DNA from: Octopus sinensis | Lineage: Eukaryota | Length of the DNA stretch: 64,000 nt | NCBI RefSeq assembly: GCF_006345805.1 | Contig: NC_043015.1 | Coordinates: 17,484,001 to 17,548,000 of the forward strand | Direction of reading: 5' to 3' | Shown here: positions 1 to 12,467 of the stretch, one piece after another | Layout of the letters: each line of letters opens with the position of its first letter | Numbering within the stretch: the stretch's first letter is position 1 | The notes under the pieces: generated by a model | Told to the model about the DNA's origin: nothing | What the model saw: the letters and a program-made list of their open reading frames with translations, nothing else | The model's database searches: none | Translations under genes and position numbers: made by a program

Positions 1-758
1 TCGCGTTCCAAGTTGCGAAAGTGAGCACCTTCGTTTGTTTTCTTTGTTTGTTTCGACCGCTTGGAAAGGATCCCCGCCAGCTGCGGTTTGCTGACCAGGG
101 TGAGGTGAGGCAGGCTATGTTTAGGGCAACCTTTTCTAGCCCCGTCCCCATGCTGGGGAGGTGAGCAGAGCGATCCTGAAGAGGGCTGCTCGGTCACTCA
201 GGAGGCTGCCGGACTCCACTGCTGCCTCAGTTCAGTGAGGGGCGACCACATGTCCTGAGCCGCCTGTGTGTGGGTTCACGACTGCAGCTCCCAGTGTATC
301 CTCACCTGCTACTTCACCGTTTCCCCATCGCCACAGGACTTTGTGATGTTGGTGTGATGTTGGTGTCATGATGTCATGACGTGCGCGTGACTTGGATTAT
401 AGTGAGGGTGACTTGCGCAGGATCAGCCTCACTCTCTCGTCCTGGTGCGCCGGATCCAGTGGCAAGACAAAGTCAAGACGGCTGGGGGTAGACCAGGATG
501 CAGGAGCTGCCGGAAGGTGGCACGCATGGCGCAATCCAACCGCCTTAGGGGCTCCACTCCGGATTTTGGATGGCCATTGACTCATGAGAGAGTTCCTCTG
601 CCCTTTGACAGGTTTTGTTTTTAGTCCTGCTAGGTGTCCAAATCACCCTCCTCACCAAGAAATCTTGGTGGGGTTGCCAGTTTAGTCGCCAACGACCCGA
701 CCATGTAACAGGTTGTACTGGGTTACATGTTACCAGTAGCTCCAAGCGGAGACCTGAC
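1..758 (-). mobile_element. RTE-clade LINE 5' UTR and start of the APE endonuclease ORF (runs off the left edge)
   Basis: The minus strand near 1-62 reads GRNKQRKQTKVLTFATWNA, matching the RTE APE N-terminal xTWNVR motif. It is preceded by a GC-rich leader that ends at a (TA)n tract at about 759. Confidence 0.75.
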
Positions 759-759
759 A
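675..759 (-). ncRNA. Possible truncated HDV-like ribozyme at the RTE 5' end
   Basis: By-eye fit: P2 GUCAG/CUGGC, L3-like UCCGCUU, GG for P1.1, P4 hairpin CAUGUAAC/GUUACAUG, J4/2 CUAA. The 5' P1 strand is missing and P3 has a mismatch. Confidence 0.3.
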
Positions 760-790
760 TAATATATAATATATATATATATATTATATA

Positions 791-2371
791 CAGTTGCGGC
801 CAAAATGTTCAGAACGACAGTGTTTTCGTCAGAAAAGTAGATATAATTTTTTATCAAAGTTGTTTTATATTCTATAATTTTCACAGACAATAAATACGAT
901 ATTATTTATTATTGCCTGAGATTTTGGTGTAATTTGAGAGGATAATACAAAAGTTATGGATGATTTAGGGATTTACTGCAAAACCCATGGCGGCCAAAAT
1001 GATCAGAACGGTTGCTTTTACTCCGTGTTTTAGTATATTTAACCGGCAAACTCTAATGTTTTGAGTGTGTTTACGTGACGGTTCGTTTACTAAACATTAG
1101 TAAGAATATATGCAGTGTACTTTGTTAATATAATGCCATTACTCCGTTACCAATTTGTCAGCAGATTATTAAGCTTCGAAAGAAGGATAATTTAAGTATT
1201 GGGTCTATTGCAAAGATTGTTAACAAGTCAAAAAGTGTTGTTCGCGGTATTCTTAAGGTCTACAATGATTGTGGTACGTGTGAAGCAAGAAAGTCTACAG
1301 GTAGGCCAGGAAAAACGAACAAGAGAGAAGATCGTATGGTAAGGTTGGTTAAAAAGGACAGATTTAAAACTGCTGCTGCTGTTTCTCGAGAAATGAGCAT
1401 CGTACTGAAGAAAACTTTATCTCGAAAAACTGTGTCTCGTCGTTTAGTTGAACATGACCTACAAGCAAGAGCACCTGCAGTGAAGCCACTGATCAGCTCC
1501 AAGAATAAAAAGTGTCGTCTTACCTTTGCAACCGAACATGTGTTGTGGTCTCAGTGATGAATCTAAGTTTATGTTATTTGGCTCAGATGGGAAAAGTAGG
1601 TGAAAAATTGTCGCCTAAATGCCTTAAGACTAGTGTTAAATTCGGTGGAGGAAGTGTCATGGTTTGGAGGATGATATCTGGAGATGGTGTGGGCCCTTTG
1701 GTGCGATTATATGGAAAGGTAAATGCAGGAGTTTATAAACAACTTGTAAAAGATCACGCATTGCCTGTGCTGAGAAATTCAACTAAGCGACCACCCATAT
1801 TCATGCAGGACAATGCCCCATGTCACAAGGCTAAGGTGGTCATGAACTTCCTCAAGGCTGAAAAGGTTATTGTTATGGATTGGCCTGCTCAAAGCCCAGA
1901 TCTCAATCCTATTGAAAATGTGTAGAATATTCTAGGAGAACGTTCGAAAGCCAGAAATCCTAAACAACCGAGCAATTATGGAATGCCCTTCAGGAAGAAT
2001 GGAATAAGATCACCCAGCAAGAAATTGAAAATTTAATTTCCTCATGCAGTCGAAGATGTCAAAGTGTAATTGAAGCTAAAGGGCTTCACACTAAATATTA
2101 AATAATTCCAGTATTCTCTGTCGTTTTTGATTATTTTGTTATTTTTTCAACCGTTCTGATCATTTTGGCCGCCATGGGTTTTGCAGTAAATCACTAAATC
2201 ATCCATATCTTTTGTATTATCCTCTCAAATTACACCAAAATCTCAGGCAATAACAAATAATATCGTATGTATTGTCTGTGAAAATTATAGAATATAACAC
2301 AACTTTGATAAAAACTTATATCTACTTTTCTGACGAAAACAATGCCGTTCATAACATTTTGGCCGCAACTG
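791..2371 (+). mobile_element. Tc1/mariner DNA transposon, full length (1581 bp), IR/DR type
   Basis: About 224-bp terminal inverted repeats (791-1014 and 2148-2371) begin CAGTTGCGGCC and are flanked by TA on both sides. Each TIR has an internal direct repeat (797-816 vs 991-1010, 19/20 identical). Confidence 0.95.
1133..2100 (+). pseudogene. Tc1 transposase, DD34E, frameshifted with stops
   Basis: HTH region with GRP motif; DESK; KFGGGSVMVW; QDNAPCH...WPAQSPDLNPIE with 34 residues between D and E. The reading frame is broken into several ORFs. Confidence 0.92.
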
Positions 2372-2492
2372 TATATATGTATGAATATATATATATTTTA
2401 TATATATATTATATATATAAGTATATATATATATATATATATTATATTATATATATATAATAATTATATAATATATATATATATAATATATA

Positions 2493-2535
<43 letters not shown>

Positions 2536-2538
<3 letters not shown>

Positions 2539-2886
2539 GCAATTAGGGTTAGCAACAACGAATTGCCTCACCAACACACCGAATTTAGAAATAGCAGTCA
2601 AAGAGATATAGCTATTCCTCCTTCTAAAAGGGAGATCTCAGTAAAAACACAGCACTTGAAAGGCAACACAGACAGGTAAGAAAGAATGAATGACGGCATC
2701 AATCTTAAAATTGTATGATTGATTGCCGTCATTTCATTCTTTCTTACCTGTCTGTGTTTGCCTTTCAAGTGCTGTGTTTTTACTGAGATCTCCCTTTTAG
2801 TAGAAGGAATAGCTATATCTCTTGACTGCTATTTCTAAATTCGGTGTGTTGGTGAGGCAATTCGTTGCTAAACCCTTAATTGCTTA
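2536..2886. repeat. Imperfect fold-back inverted repeat, about 170-bp arms
   Basis: TAAGCAATTAGGG...GACGGC is mirrored by GCCGTC...CCCTTAATTGCTTA with small indels, next to (TA)n. Confidence 0.9.
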
Positions 2887-3047
2887 GTATTACTTAAATT
2901 TTCCTCGAATGAGGCTTTTACATGCCGAAATCTACTTGGTGTAATTAATAATTATTCCAAATTAATTAATTTCACCCTTTATTGTTACTGATATATAATA
3001 TATTATATATATATATTATATATATATATATACACATATATATATAT

Positions 3048-3202
3048 GTTATGAACGGCATTGTTTTCGTCAGAAAAGTAGATATAAGTTTTTATCAAAG
3101 TTGTTTTATATTCTATAATTTTCACAGACAATAAATACGATATTATTTGTTATTGCCTGAGATTTGGTGTAATTTGAGAGGATAATACAAAAGATATGGA
3201 TG
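3048..3202. mobile_element. Solo partial copy of the Tc1 TIR, inverted relative to the right TIR
   Basis: GTTATGAACGGCATT...GATATGGATG is the reverse complement of about 2200-2355 and carries the right-TIR-specific variants. Confidence 0.85.
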
Positions 3203-3503
3203 CTGCAATTGTTATATATATATATATATATATCTATATATAATATATATATATAATATATGGTGTGGTGTGTATATATATATTATATATATATATATAT
3301 TATATACACTTATATATAATATAGTATATATATATTAATATATTGTCCAAATATAAATACATGTATATAGATGTATATATATACATACATGTATATATAT
3401 ATACATATATACCTACAAATACAATGTATAAGATGTAATTAAAATTCCTTTCAGTAAAGGAATTTTATTAACATCTTCGTTCAACTCTATTTATTTATTT
3501 ATT

Positions 3504-3563
<60 letters not shown>

Positions 3564-4724
3564 CGTATGTATGTATGTATGTATGCATGTATGTATTTCG
3601 TTTTCGGATTTGGTTTGCAAGATTCTTTATATGAGTTCGTGTGTTAAAGCATATTCTGTTGTCTGGGGAGAGTCATTCTCTTTCAGTGCCTTTTTGTTTA
3701 ACACACTCACTGGTAAAATTTCCACTTATTTCTTATTTTTATTTTTATTTATTTTTATTTTCCTAAAATTTTCGTTGCGTCTTGCAACGTTTTCAATAGT
3801 CTTGACTATGTCCGTTATTTACACTGCGTTCCTTTTTGTTTGTTTGTTCGCATGTGTGTGGGTCAGTGTGTATGTGTGCCTATGCACGCATGCAGGACGG
3901 TACATATGTATGTATGTATGTCATACATACGTACATGCTAGCATGCATAGGCACATACACACACACAATGACTCTTCCCAGACACAATAGTATGTACAAA
4001 AACATTCATTCTTAAATTATTGCGGCGTTACGTGCACCCCCCCCGTTTGTTTGTCCAATTTTAAACCCTGCACGACTTCTATACACGCTGTCTTTCCTAC
4101 CCGCCATTGCTTCTTCACCAAACTTTTTGGCGCCCTCCGATTCTTCCCCTCTCTTCCTCCCATCCTCCTCCCCTCTTCCTCCCATCCTCCTTAATCCTTC
4201 TTTCTCCTTTTCTCTTGGTCACTGATTCTGTCCCCTGCCTTCCACCCTCTTTGATTCCCTCTCTCTCTGTCTCTCTTTCTCTCTCTCTGCGACCTGCTGC
4301 TTCTTAAAACCATTCTGTTGGCCTTCGTATCTCGACCAATGTGTCCCCGCTACCGAAACGGTAATTATTTCTACGCCAGCTATGTTGTTGTTGTTGTTTT
4401 TGTCTCATTTGGTCTAAATTCGTATGACAACCACCGTATATTAATTTTGTTTATTCATTACTGTTTTCAATTTCGTTTTGTCTCTTGTATTCACATCCGT
4501 CTTGTGCGTTCACATTCCTGTCTTCTACCAAGAAATCTAATGCTTACAGCTTAGTTTTTTTTCTTGGGGCTGGCCGAGTTGGAGAGCAAATATCAGAATT
4601 GAACAGCCGAAATTTGCTATGATGATTCGGTGTCTGACTGAAGATTGAAGGCTTCGAATGATTTGTCTGTGTTCCGTGTTTCGTCCCTTCCTGTATTTCA
4701 CGTTCATTATATATAAAAACATTC

Positions 4725-4813
<89 letters not shown>

Positions 4814-4849
4814 GATATATATATAATATATTCAGAGTATTACTACACA

Positions 4850-5176
4850 AAATGCCTCACGCTATGAGGGACTCTAAAAGTCAAAACTACAATAATAAAT
4901 GCAGTGTACCGAACGCGAGGGAATGCAACTCTTGAAGTGAGCTCCCAGAAACAGATTCAGCTGCAAATCATATGAGTTCATAGTTAGTGCGTGCTGGAAA
5001 CATTTGCTGTTCGTTTGACAATTAGAAAGTGCATTTTGTGCACTATGAAATCATATGATTTGCGGTTGAATCTGTTTTTAGGAGCTCGCTTCAAGAGTTG
5101 TATTCTTTCACGTTCAGTACACTGTATTTATTATGGTAGTTTTGAATTTAAGGGTCCCTCATAGCGTGAGGCATTT
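4850..5176. repeat. Imperfect fold-back inverted repeat, about 140-bp arms
   Basis: AAATGCCTCACGCTATGAGGGAC... is mirrored by ...GTCCCTCATAGCGTGAGGCATTT, next to (TA)n. Confidence 0.9.
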
Positions 5177-5325
5177 ACGTGTAATAATGCCCTTAAAATA
5201 AATAAATATACTTAAAGGGAATAATTATAAAATTATAAATTTTTCCCTTATGAGGTTTTTCCACGCTGATTACTTGATAATTCTTATAAAGACTTTATCC
5301 TCTTTTTAAATTTTATATATATATC

Positions 5326-5380
<55 letters not shown>

Positions 5381-5510
5381 CCCCTAATTTCGCTCTCGCG
5401 TCTCATGTTTGATCTTTGGCTTCTGGCCGAAATCAGATCGCCATGTTGATTCGTTAGTTACTGCACGCATTTTTTTCTCTCCTTCTTTCTGTGTTTTTTT
5501 CTCTGTGTAT

Positions 5511-5546
5511 CATTCTGTTGAAGAGCATAGGCTCGAAACGTTAAAG
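5511..5546 (+). ncRNA. Minimal hammerhead-like motif (PLE end), variant core CUGUUGA
   Basis: CAUU CUGUUGA A GAGC-AUAG-GCUC GAA ACGU U AAAG: palindromic ACGU stem III and a 4-bp stem II. It sits in a repeat shared with 22374-22500. Confidence 0.55.
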
Positions 5547-5644
5547 ACTTGTTTTATTTATATTTCCTGAGCGCCATACTAATACAATTGTTTGTTTGTT
5601 TTCCACCTGCCTTCGTCTTTTGTCTATTTTCATAAAGCTTCCCG

Positions 5645-5659
<15 letters not shown>

Positions 5660-5682
<23 letters not shown>

Positions 5683-7010
5683 CCATACACTCACACTCAC
5701 ACGCATACACACACACACATACACACGCACACGTACACATACACACACACACACACACCTACATACATACATTACACTTGTACACACACACACTTACATT
5801 CATACACACACAACCCTAACAGCCATACCCTCACTCACACACACACCTACCTACACACACACACAAACACACACAGACATACAACATACTACATAATCTA
5901 CACACACACGCCTACACACTACATACACACATACATAAACACACACACATACACATACACACACATACGCACACACACATATACTTATACACATGCACAC
6001 ACACACATACATACATACCCCATACACATACACACACACATACCTACATACTCCTATACGCACATACATACACAACAGACATACACACATACACACTCAC
6101 ACAAACATACACACACATACTACACACACACTCACCTGCACGCGCACACACATGCATGACAAACACCCATACACTCACACTCACATACGCACACACCAAC
6201 ATAAACACGCACACACACACCTACACTCCCACACACATACACACGCACCTACATACACACACGCACGCATACCACACGCACACACACGCATACACATACA
6301 TTACACACGTACACAACACCTACATACACATGCATACACACACACACACAAACATGACACGGACACACCCAGACATACATACATACACCTATATACACAC
6401 GCCCACACACCTACATACAAACACATATACACACGCCCACACACCTACATACACACACATACATACACACACATACACGGACACACACCACATAACTATA
6501 CATACATACCTATACACACACGCCTACACACCTACATACCACAATGCATACACACACACACATGTACGCACATACACACACATATAAGCACATACATATA
6601 TACCCACACATGCACACACACACACATACGCACATGCATGCATGCATGCACACGCCACACCTACCACGCATACACAACACACGTACACATACATTACACA
6701 CCACATACATACACCCATACACATATGCATCCTACACACACATACATACACACACACATACATACACACCACACACACTCACTCACACACCTGTATGTAC
6801 GCCGCACACACATGCACATACCACACTGTCCACACACCCACATGTACATACATACACACTCATACACATACACACACACACACACACGGACATACATCTA
6901 TGCACACACATATATACACACATACTCACATACATTCATCGGACACACTGACACCCAGACATACACACAGACACACTCACACATCCACACAACACATACA
7001 TACTTACGCG
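5660..7010. repeat. Long degenerate (CA)/(TACA) simple-repeat tract
   Basis: Low-complexity CA-rich sequence; the H/T-rich ORFs are its translations. Confidence 0.95.
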
Positions 7011-7850
7011 CATAATCGCAGGCGCGCGCCACACACGCGCTTGCGCCGGTTCGCGCACGCATTACGCGCCGCATGCACCTCGCTCTGGACCCGACGAGAC
7101 CTCCCGCTCGTTCCTGGGACCGTCGCTTGTCGTTGGGTTTTCCCACGCCCGTCTCCGCGGGACCACTCTTCCATCTTCCCCTCAGCTGTAGTCCTTTTTC
7201 CTTTACCCCCCCCCCCTTTTTTTGTTACACACGCGCGCACACATATACACACATTGCTTAAATATATACATTACTCTTACACACATTCAATCTACTCGCC
7301 ATTAATAATACTACCACGACACTGGACACACACACACACTACTACTCAACACACGCTGGCACGCTACATACGCCCCCACCCCTTCCCCTCCCTCCCTTCC
7401 TCCTTCCTTCTTTTCTTTACTACTGACCTTTGTCTGCTATGCTGACCACTGTCTCGCCCCCTACCTCACACGCCTACACACAGACGCACACACTAACACA
7501 TACATATATTTTTTGTTTTTTTATCTCGCCTCACACACACACATACACACACGCACACGCACACACTCACACATACACACACATCTGTTGCGTTACCAAT
7601 TGTCTCCACTCTTTTGCCTTTAAAAACCTACTTTGCTCTTGTATCGTATAAACATCCGCCTTTCACCATGTGTGTAACTCGTAAACACCAGTCGTTTTTT
7701 TTTTCTCTATCCCTGTTGCCCGCTTTGGGATCTTTCTTTCCTCTCTCTTCCTTCTTTATGTTTCCGACGAAGAGCTCCGCTCGAAACGTCATACCTTCCT
7801 GCTTCCATTTCCTGAGTGCCTATTAATAATAATACTGTAATTGTTCCATT
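7010..7850 (+). mobile_element. Degraded PLE 3' end (possible GIY-YIG C-terminal relic, CT-rich tail, hammerhead-like motif at 7760-7794)
   Basis: TRLRRFAHALR resembles the GIY-YIG RLxxRFxEHLR helix. It is followed by CCGACGA A GAGC-UCC-GCUC GAA ACGU C AUAC. Confidence 0.5.
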
Positions 7851-7910
7851 GTTGTTGTTTTTTTTGTTTTCCCGTTTGGATTAAAATTATATATATATAT
7901 ATATATATAT

Positions 7911-8011
7911 TGGCCTGCTCGCTTAGCCAGCGGGGTGGCGTCATTCGAAGGCTAAAACAATGCGAACGCATTGTGACCAGCGATGTGTAACTACATCTGA
8001 TGGACTGGTCG
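7911..8011 (+). mobile_element. Short interspersed LINE/SINE tail fragment
   Basis: GGCCTGCTCGCTTAGCCAGCGGGGTGGCGTC...TGTGACCAGCGATGTG resembles an abundant octopus repeat, recognised from memory. Flanked by (TA)n. Confidence 0.5.
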
Positions 8012-8016
8012 GAAAG

Positions 8017-8052
<36 letters not shown>

Positions 8053-8621
8053 CTCAAAATAAGCAACAAGCATATCCAAGGTATCGTAGTACAATCGTTT
8101 CATGCTACTTCATTTTATTAAACAATGTAAGTATTACATCAGTTTTAAAATGAAAAGCAATCTCCAGCTACATATAGAATTTTTTAAAATTTATGAATGT
8201 ATGAAATAAGTATAAAAATGTACATTGTCTATTTACATTGTACTACACTAACTTGGATATTCTTGTTGCTTATTTTGATTATAATCACCCCATTTGATAT
8301 TATTGTAATACCATACCAAATTCTGGTGCGTTTAACTTAAGTATCATATTCTCTAAATCTAAATTTGCTGAACCTATATATATATATATAATATATATAT
8401 ATTATATATATCTATATATAAATATTATATATATATATATATAATTAAATATATATGTGCATATGTGGATGCAGGACGTCACGAAACGTGTACAAAAACG
8501 TACGAACCACGAGTACATGAAACAAGAAGTATTCTTTCGAACAACGAAAGACACAAATGGAAAACAAAACAAAAAAAAAAATATATATATATATATATTA
8601 TATATATATATATTAATTATA

Positions 8622-8721
8622 GGCGTAGGAGTGGCTTTGTGGTAAGTAGCTTGCTTACCAACCACATGGGTCCGGGTTCAGTCCCACAGCGTGACACCTT
8701 GGGCAAGTGTCTTCTACTATA
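8622..8721 (+). mobile_element. tRNA-derived SINE 5' part
   Basis: A-box-like TGGCTTTGTGGTAAG and B-box-like GGTTCAGTCC; resembles the abundant octopus SINE head. Confidence 0.8.
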
Positions 8722-9615
8722 CTTACAGCTCTTGAGGAAGAGTGAAAAACCTCTTCGTCGAAATAAAACTCCGGAAGAAAACCAAAACCTTCAGATAGAG
8801 ACCGACACAAATTGTTAGCAAGGATCACAAAAGTACAGTTCCCAAAATTACTGCAGAGCTTAATTACCATCTCGAGAACTCAGTTTTCACAAAAACTGTT
8901 CGCCGGGAGCTTCTCAAAGCTGGATTTCATGAGAGGGCTGCAATCAGAAAACCACTACTTTAAAAAACAAACGCTGCAAAGCGTTTAGAGTGGAGTAAAA
9001 ACCTACAGAATTGGTTACTTTCTTGGAGGTGTCATCCTTTATCTTATTTCAGATAACCGACCGAATATACGTGTGGTGACAGCCAAAACAAGCATTTCAC
9101 CCAAACTGCCTTCTTCCAACTGTTAAACATGGAGGAGGATCTGTCATTATCTTTGGAGCTATATTTTGGGAATCCACTGACCCAATCGTTTCCCTTCATG
9201 ACAGAATTAATAGTCAAGACTATTTAAGCATTTTATCTGATCCAATTCATCCTATACATCAATTCACACAGCTAAAGTTGTTACTGAATGGCGCGAGGAA
9301 CATTCTAGTGAAGTTGAACATCTTATCTGGCCACCACAGTCTCAGGATATCAATATTATTGAACATTTAGTCCGCCACTTATACAAAAGCGCTAATTTGA
9401 ATGACCGCTAATTAAGATAAGGTTAAAAGTTCATAGTAAACACGTATGGTGCATTTTACAAAAACAAGGAAGGAGTCGATGTATTCCACCATCACTACAA
9501 GAACTGGAGACTGTTTTAGTTGAAGAATGGACAAAAACTATTTTGGAAACAATTCAAACTTTGAACGAGTTCACACCTGCAATTACTGCCAAAGGCGGTC
9601 ATACACCATGTTAAG
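8722..9615 (+). pseudogene. Second, heavily decayed Tc1-like transposase
   Basis: Fragments TKTVRRELLKAGFHERAAIRKPLL, TVKHGGGSV, WPPQSQDINIIEHL and IITAKGGHTP in shifting frames. It is interrupted at about 9370-9450 by a piece of the 12468-13612 repeat. Confidence 0.8.
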
Positions 9616-9639
9616 ATGTTTGTTCCAAATTATGCATAC

Positions 9640-9686
9640 GCACACAAACACACACACACACACGCCCACACACACACACACACACA

Positions 9687-9721
<35 letters not shown>

Positions 9722-9735
9722 GATATATATATATC

Positions 9736-9798
<63 letters not shown>

Positions 9799-10283
9799 TA
9801 TATTAAGGTATGTAGAAAAATACAACATGGACAAGAACGTATAACTCTTCCGAACGTATATATATGTTTCCGAAGAGAAACGCATTCTTTCGGGGTGATA
9901 ATGCACCAATTCACACATATACATATATATATATGTATGTATATATATATATGCATGCATATATATATACATATGTATGTATGTATATACATATATGTAT
10001 ATATGTATGTATGTATATATATATATATATGTATTTGTAGGTATATATGTATATATATATAGACGTGTATGTATATATATACATGTATTTATATATGGAC
10101 AATAGAATTTTACCCTTAATTAATTAATTTTAGCCTTTGTATTTATATATGTATATATATAGGTATATATATATATATGTGTGTGCGTGTGTGTGTATGC
10201 ATGCATATATATATGTGTATGTATATATATATGTATGCATGTATCTATATATATATGTATATATATATATGTATATATAAATG

Positions 10284-10314
<31 letters not shown>

Positions 10315-10436
10315 TATATGTATTTATTTATACACACACACACACACACAACACACACACACACACACGCCCACACACACACCACACACACACACAACAC
10401 ACACACATATATATATATTATATATATATATATATC

Positions 10437-10490
<54 letters not shown>

Positions 10491-11037
10491 ATATATATAT
10501 ATATATATTAAGGTATGTAGAAAAATACAACATGGACAAGAACGTATAACTCTTCCGAACGTATATATATGTTTCCGAAGAGAAACGCATTCTTTCGGGG
10601 TGATAATGCACCAATTCACACATATACATAATATATATGTATGTATATATATATATGCATGCATATATATATACATATGTATGTATGTATATACATATAT
10701 GTATATATGTATGTATGTATATATATATATATATGTATGTATGTATATATATATATATATAGATATATATATATATATATATGTATGTATATATATACAT
10801 GTATTTATATATGGACAATAGAATTTTACCCTTAATTAATTAATTTTAGCCTTTGTATTTATATATGTATATATGTATGTATATATATATATGTGTGTGC
10901 GTGTGTGTGTATGCATGCATATATATATGTGTATGTATATATATATGTATGCATGTATCTATATATATATGTATATATATATGTATATATAAATGTATAT
11001 ATATATATATGTATATATGTATGTATATGTATTTATT

Positions 11038-11124
<87 letters not shown>

Positions 11125-11130
11125 CATATA
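9640..11130. repeat. Microsatellite-rich tandem duplication (about 700-bp unit)
   Basis: The unique core TTAAGGTATGTAGAAAAATAC...GCACCAATTCAC occurs at about 9803 and about 10508 among (TA)n/(CA)n. Confidence 0.85.
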
Positions 11131-12227
11131 ATTTCAACAATTGAGGGTAAAATTAATTAATTATTAATCAATTTCACCAAGTATTCAGTATGCAAAGGGA
11201 CCATTTAAGGCGAATTCAAATTATTACATTATATAAAAGGGCTTAGTAAAATAAATTACTTTGCCACATACTGAACTCATTAGAAATAGTAGCTAAAAAA
11301 ACTTTTTTAAAACTATTTCTAATACTTAAAGAAAATCTCTCTCATATAGTGTTTGCTCAATTCAACTCACGAAAGTATGGGGGTAAAGACATTAAAAAAT
11401 CAAATGCAAAGGTTATTTGAGAACGTACGTTTCTAGATTAGTCAACTCGACATTTCTATCATCAGCTCAGAACTCCTTGGTTTGGATTTGAAAACACTGA
11501 AAGTGGGAGCATACCCTTCGGCTTCTTATCGCTTCTGAAGATCTGCTCGAAACTAACAGTGCCAGCAAACTCAAAATATGCAAGCGAAGAATTTCTGCTC
11601 TCCCCTTTCCACCAGCGTGGGTTAAAATCAGTAAACACTATGCTTTTTCGGTAAAATCCGAAGCATTAAACAGAGAGAGATGAATTATAATTTCAACAAT
11701 TGAGGGTAAAATTAATTAATTATTAATCATTTCACCAGTATTCAGTATGCAAAGGGACCATTTAAGGCGAATTCAAATTATTACATTATATAAAAGGGCT
11801 TAGTAAAATAAATTACTTTGCCACATACTGAACTCATTAGAAATAGTAGCTAAAAAAAAACTTTTTTAAAACTATTTCTAATACTTAAAGAAAATCTGTT
11901 AGTTTCGAGCAGATCTTCAGAAGCGATAAGAAGCCGAAAGGGTATGCTCCCACTTTCAGTGTTTTCAAATCCAAACCAAGGAGTTCTGAGCTGATGATAG
12001 AAATGTCGAGTTGACTAATCTAGAAACGTACGTTCTCAAATAACCTTTGCATTTGATTTTTTAATGTCTATATCCCCATACTTTCGTGAGTTGAATTGAG
12101 CAAACACTATATGAGAGAGATTTTCTTTAAGTATTAGAAATAGTTTTAAAAAAGTTTTTTTAGCTACTATTTCTAATGAGTTCAGTATGTGGCAAAGTAA
12201 TTTATTTTACTAAGCCCTTTTATATAA

Positions 12228-12230
<3 letters not shown>
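11130..12230. repeat. Complex direct plus inverted rearranged repeat cluster, with a further copy at about 29130-29360
   Basis: The segment AATTTCAACAATTGAGGG...AAAGAAAATCT is repeated at about 11130 and about 11690; 11896-12230 is the reverse complement of about 11230-11555. Confidence 0.85.
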
Positions 12231-12260
<30 letters not shown>

Positions 12261-12360
12261 TGTTAAAAACGGTAAGATAACAAAAGAAGGAAAGAGACCT
12301 CTATATTATGTAAATAGAAGAAATCTATCTGTAAAACAATATGTGACAATTATTCGGTAG

Positions 12361-12428
12361 CCAAGATAAAACTCTGAGTTTCGGATGCCGAGGTGGAAAT
12401 CCACACCACCATCTCTTCGGTTATCTGG
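12361..12428 (-). ncRNA. Type I hammerhead ribozyme-like motif with extended stem II
   Basis: AGAUAA CCGAAGA GAUG[...GUGGAUUUCCAC...]CAUC C GAA ACUC-A-GAGU U UUAUCU: 6-bp stem I and a self-complementary stem III. It has a U4C core change and a GUU site. Confidence 0.6.
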
Positions 12429-12467
12429 CCATCTGAAAAACGCTATGAAAAAAGACCGTTATACAAA

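Noticed and set aside
2900-2945. Hammerhead-like GAATGAGGC...GCCGAAA
   Set aside because: The core needs two insertions, and neither stem I nor a valid cleavage triplet forms.
4310-4365. CTGTTGG...ACCGAAACGGTA as a hammerhead
   Set aside because: Stems I and II do not pair; a simple hairpin explains it.
5596-7445. Long His/Thr-rich ORFs (up to 340 aa)
   Set aside because: They are translations of CA-rich microsatellite; the same applies to the many YIYI/ICIC ORFs from (TA)n.
8622-8700. tRNA gene
   Set aside because: A/B boxes are present but there is no cloverleaf, and it continues as a SINE body.
11978-12010. CTGATGATAGAAATGTC perfect core boxes
   Set aside because: There is no room for stem II and stem I cannot pair (GAG vs GAG).
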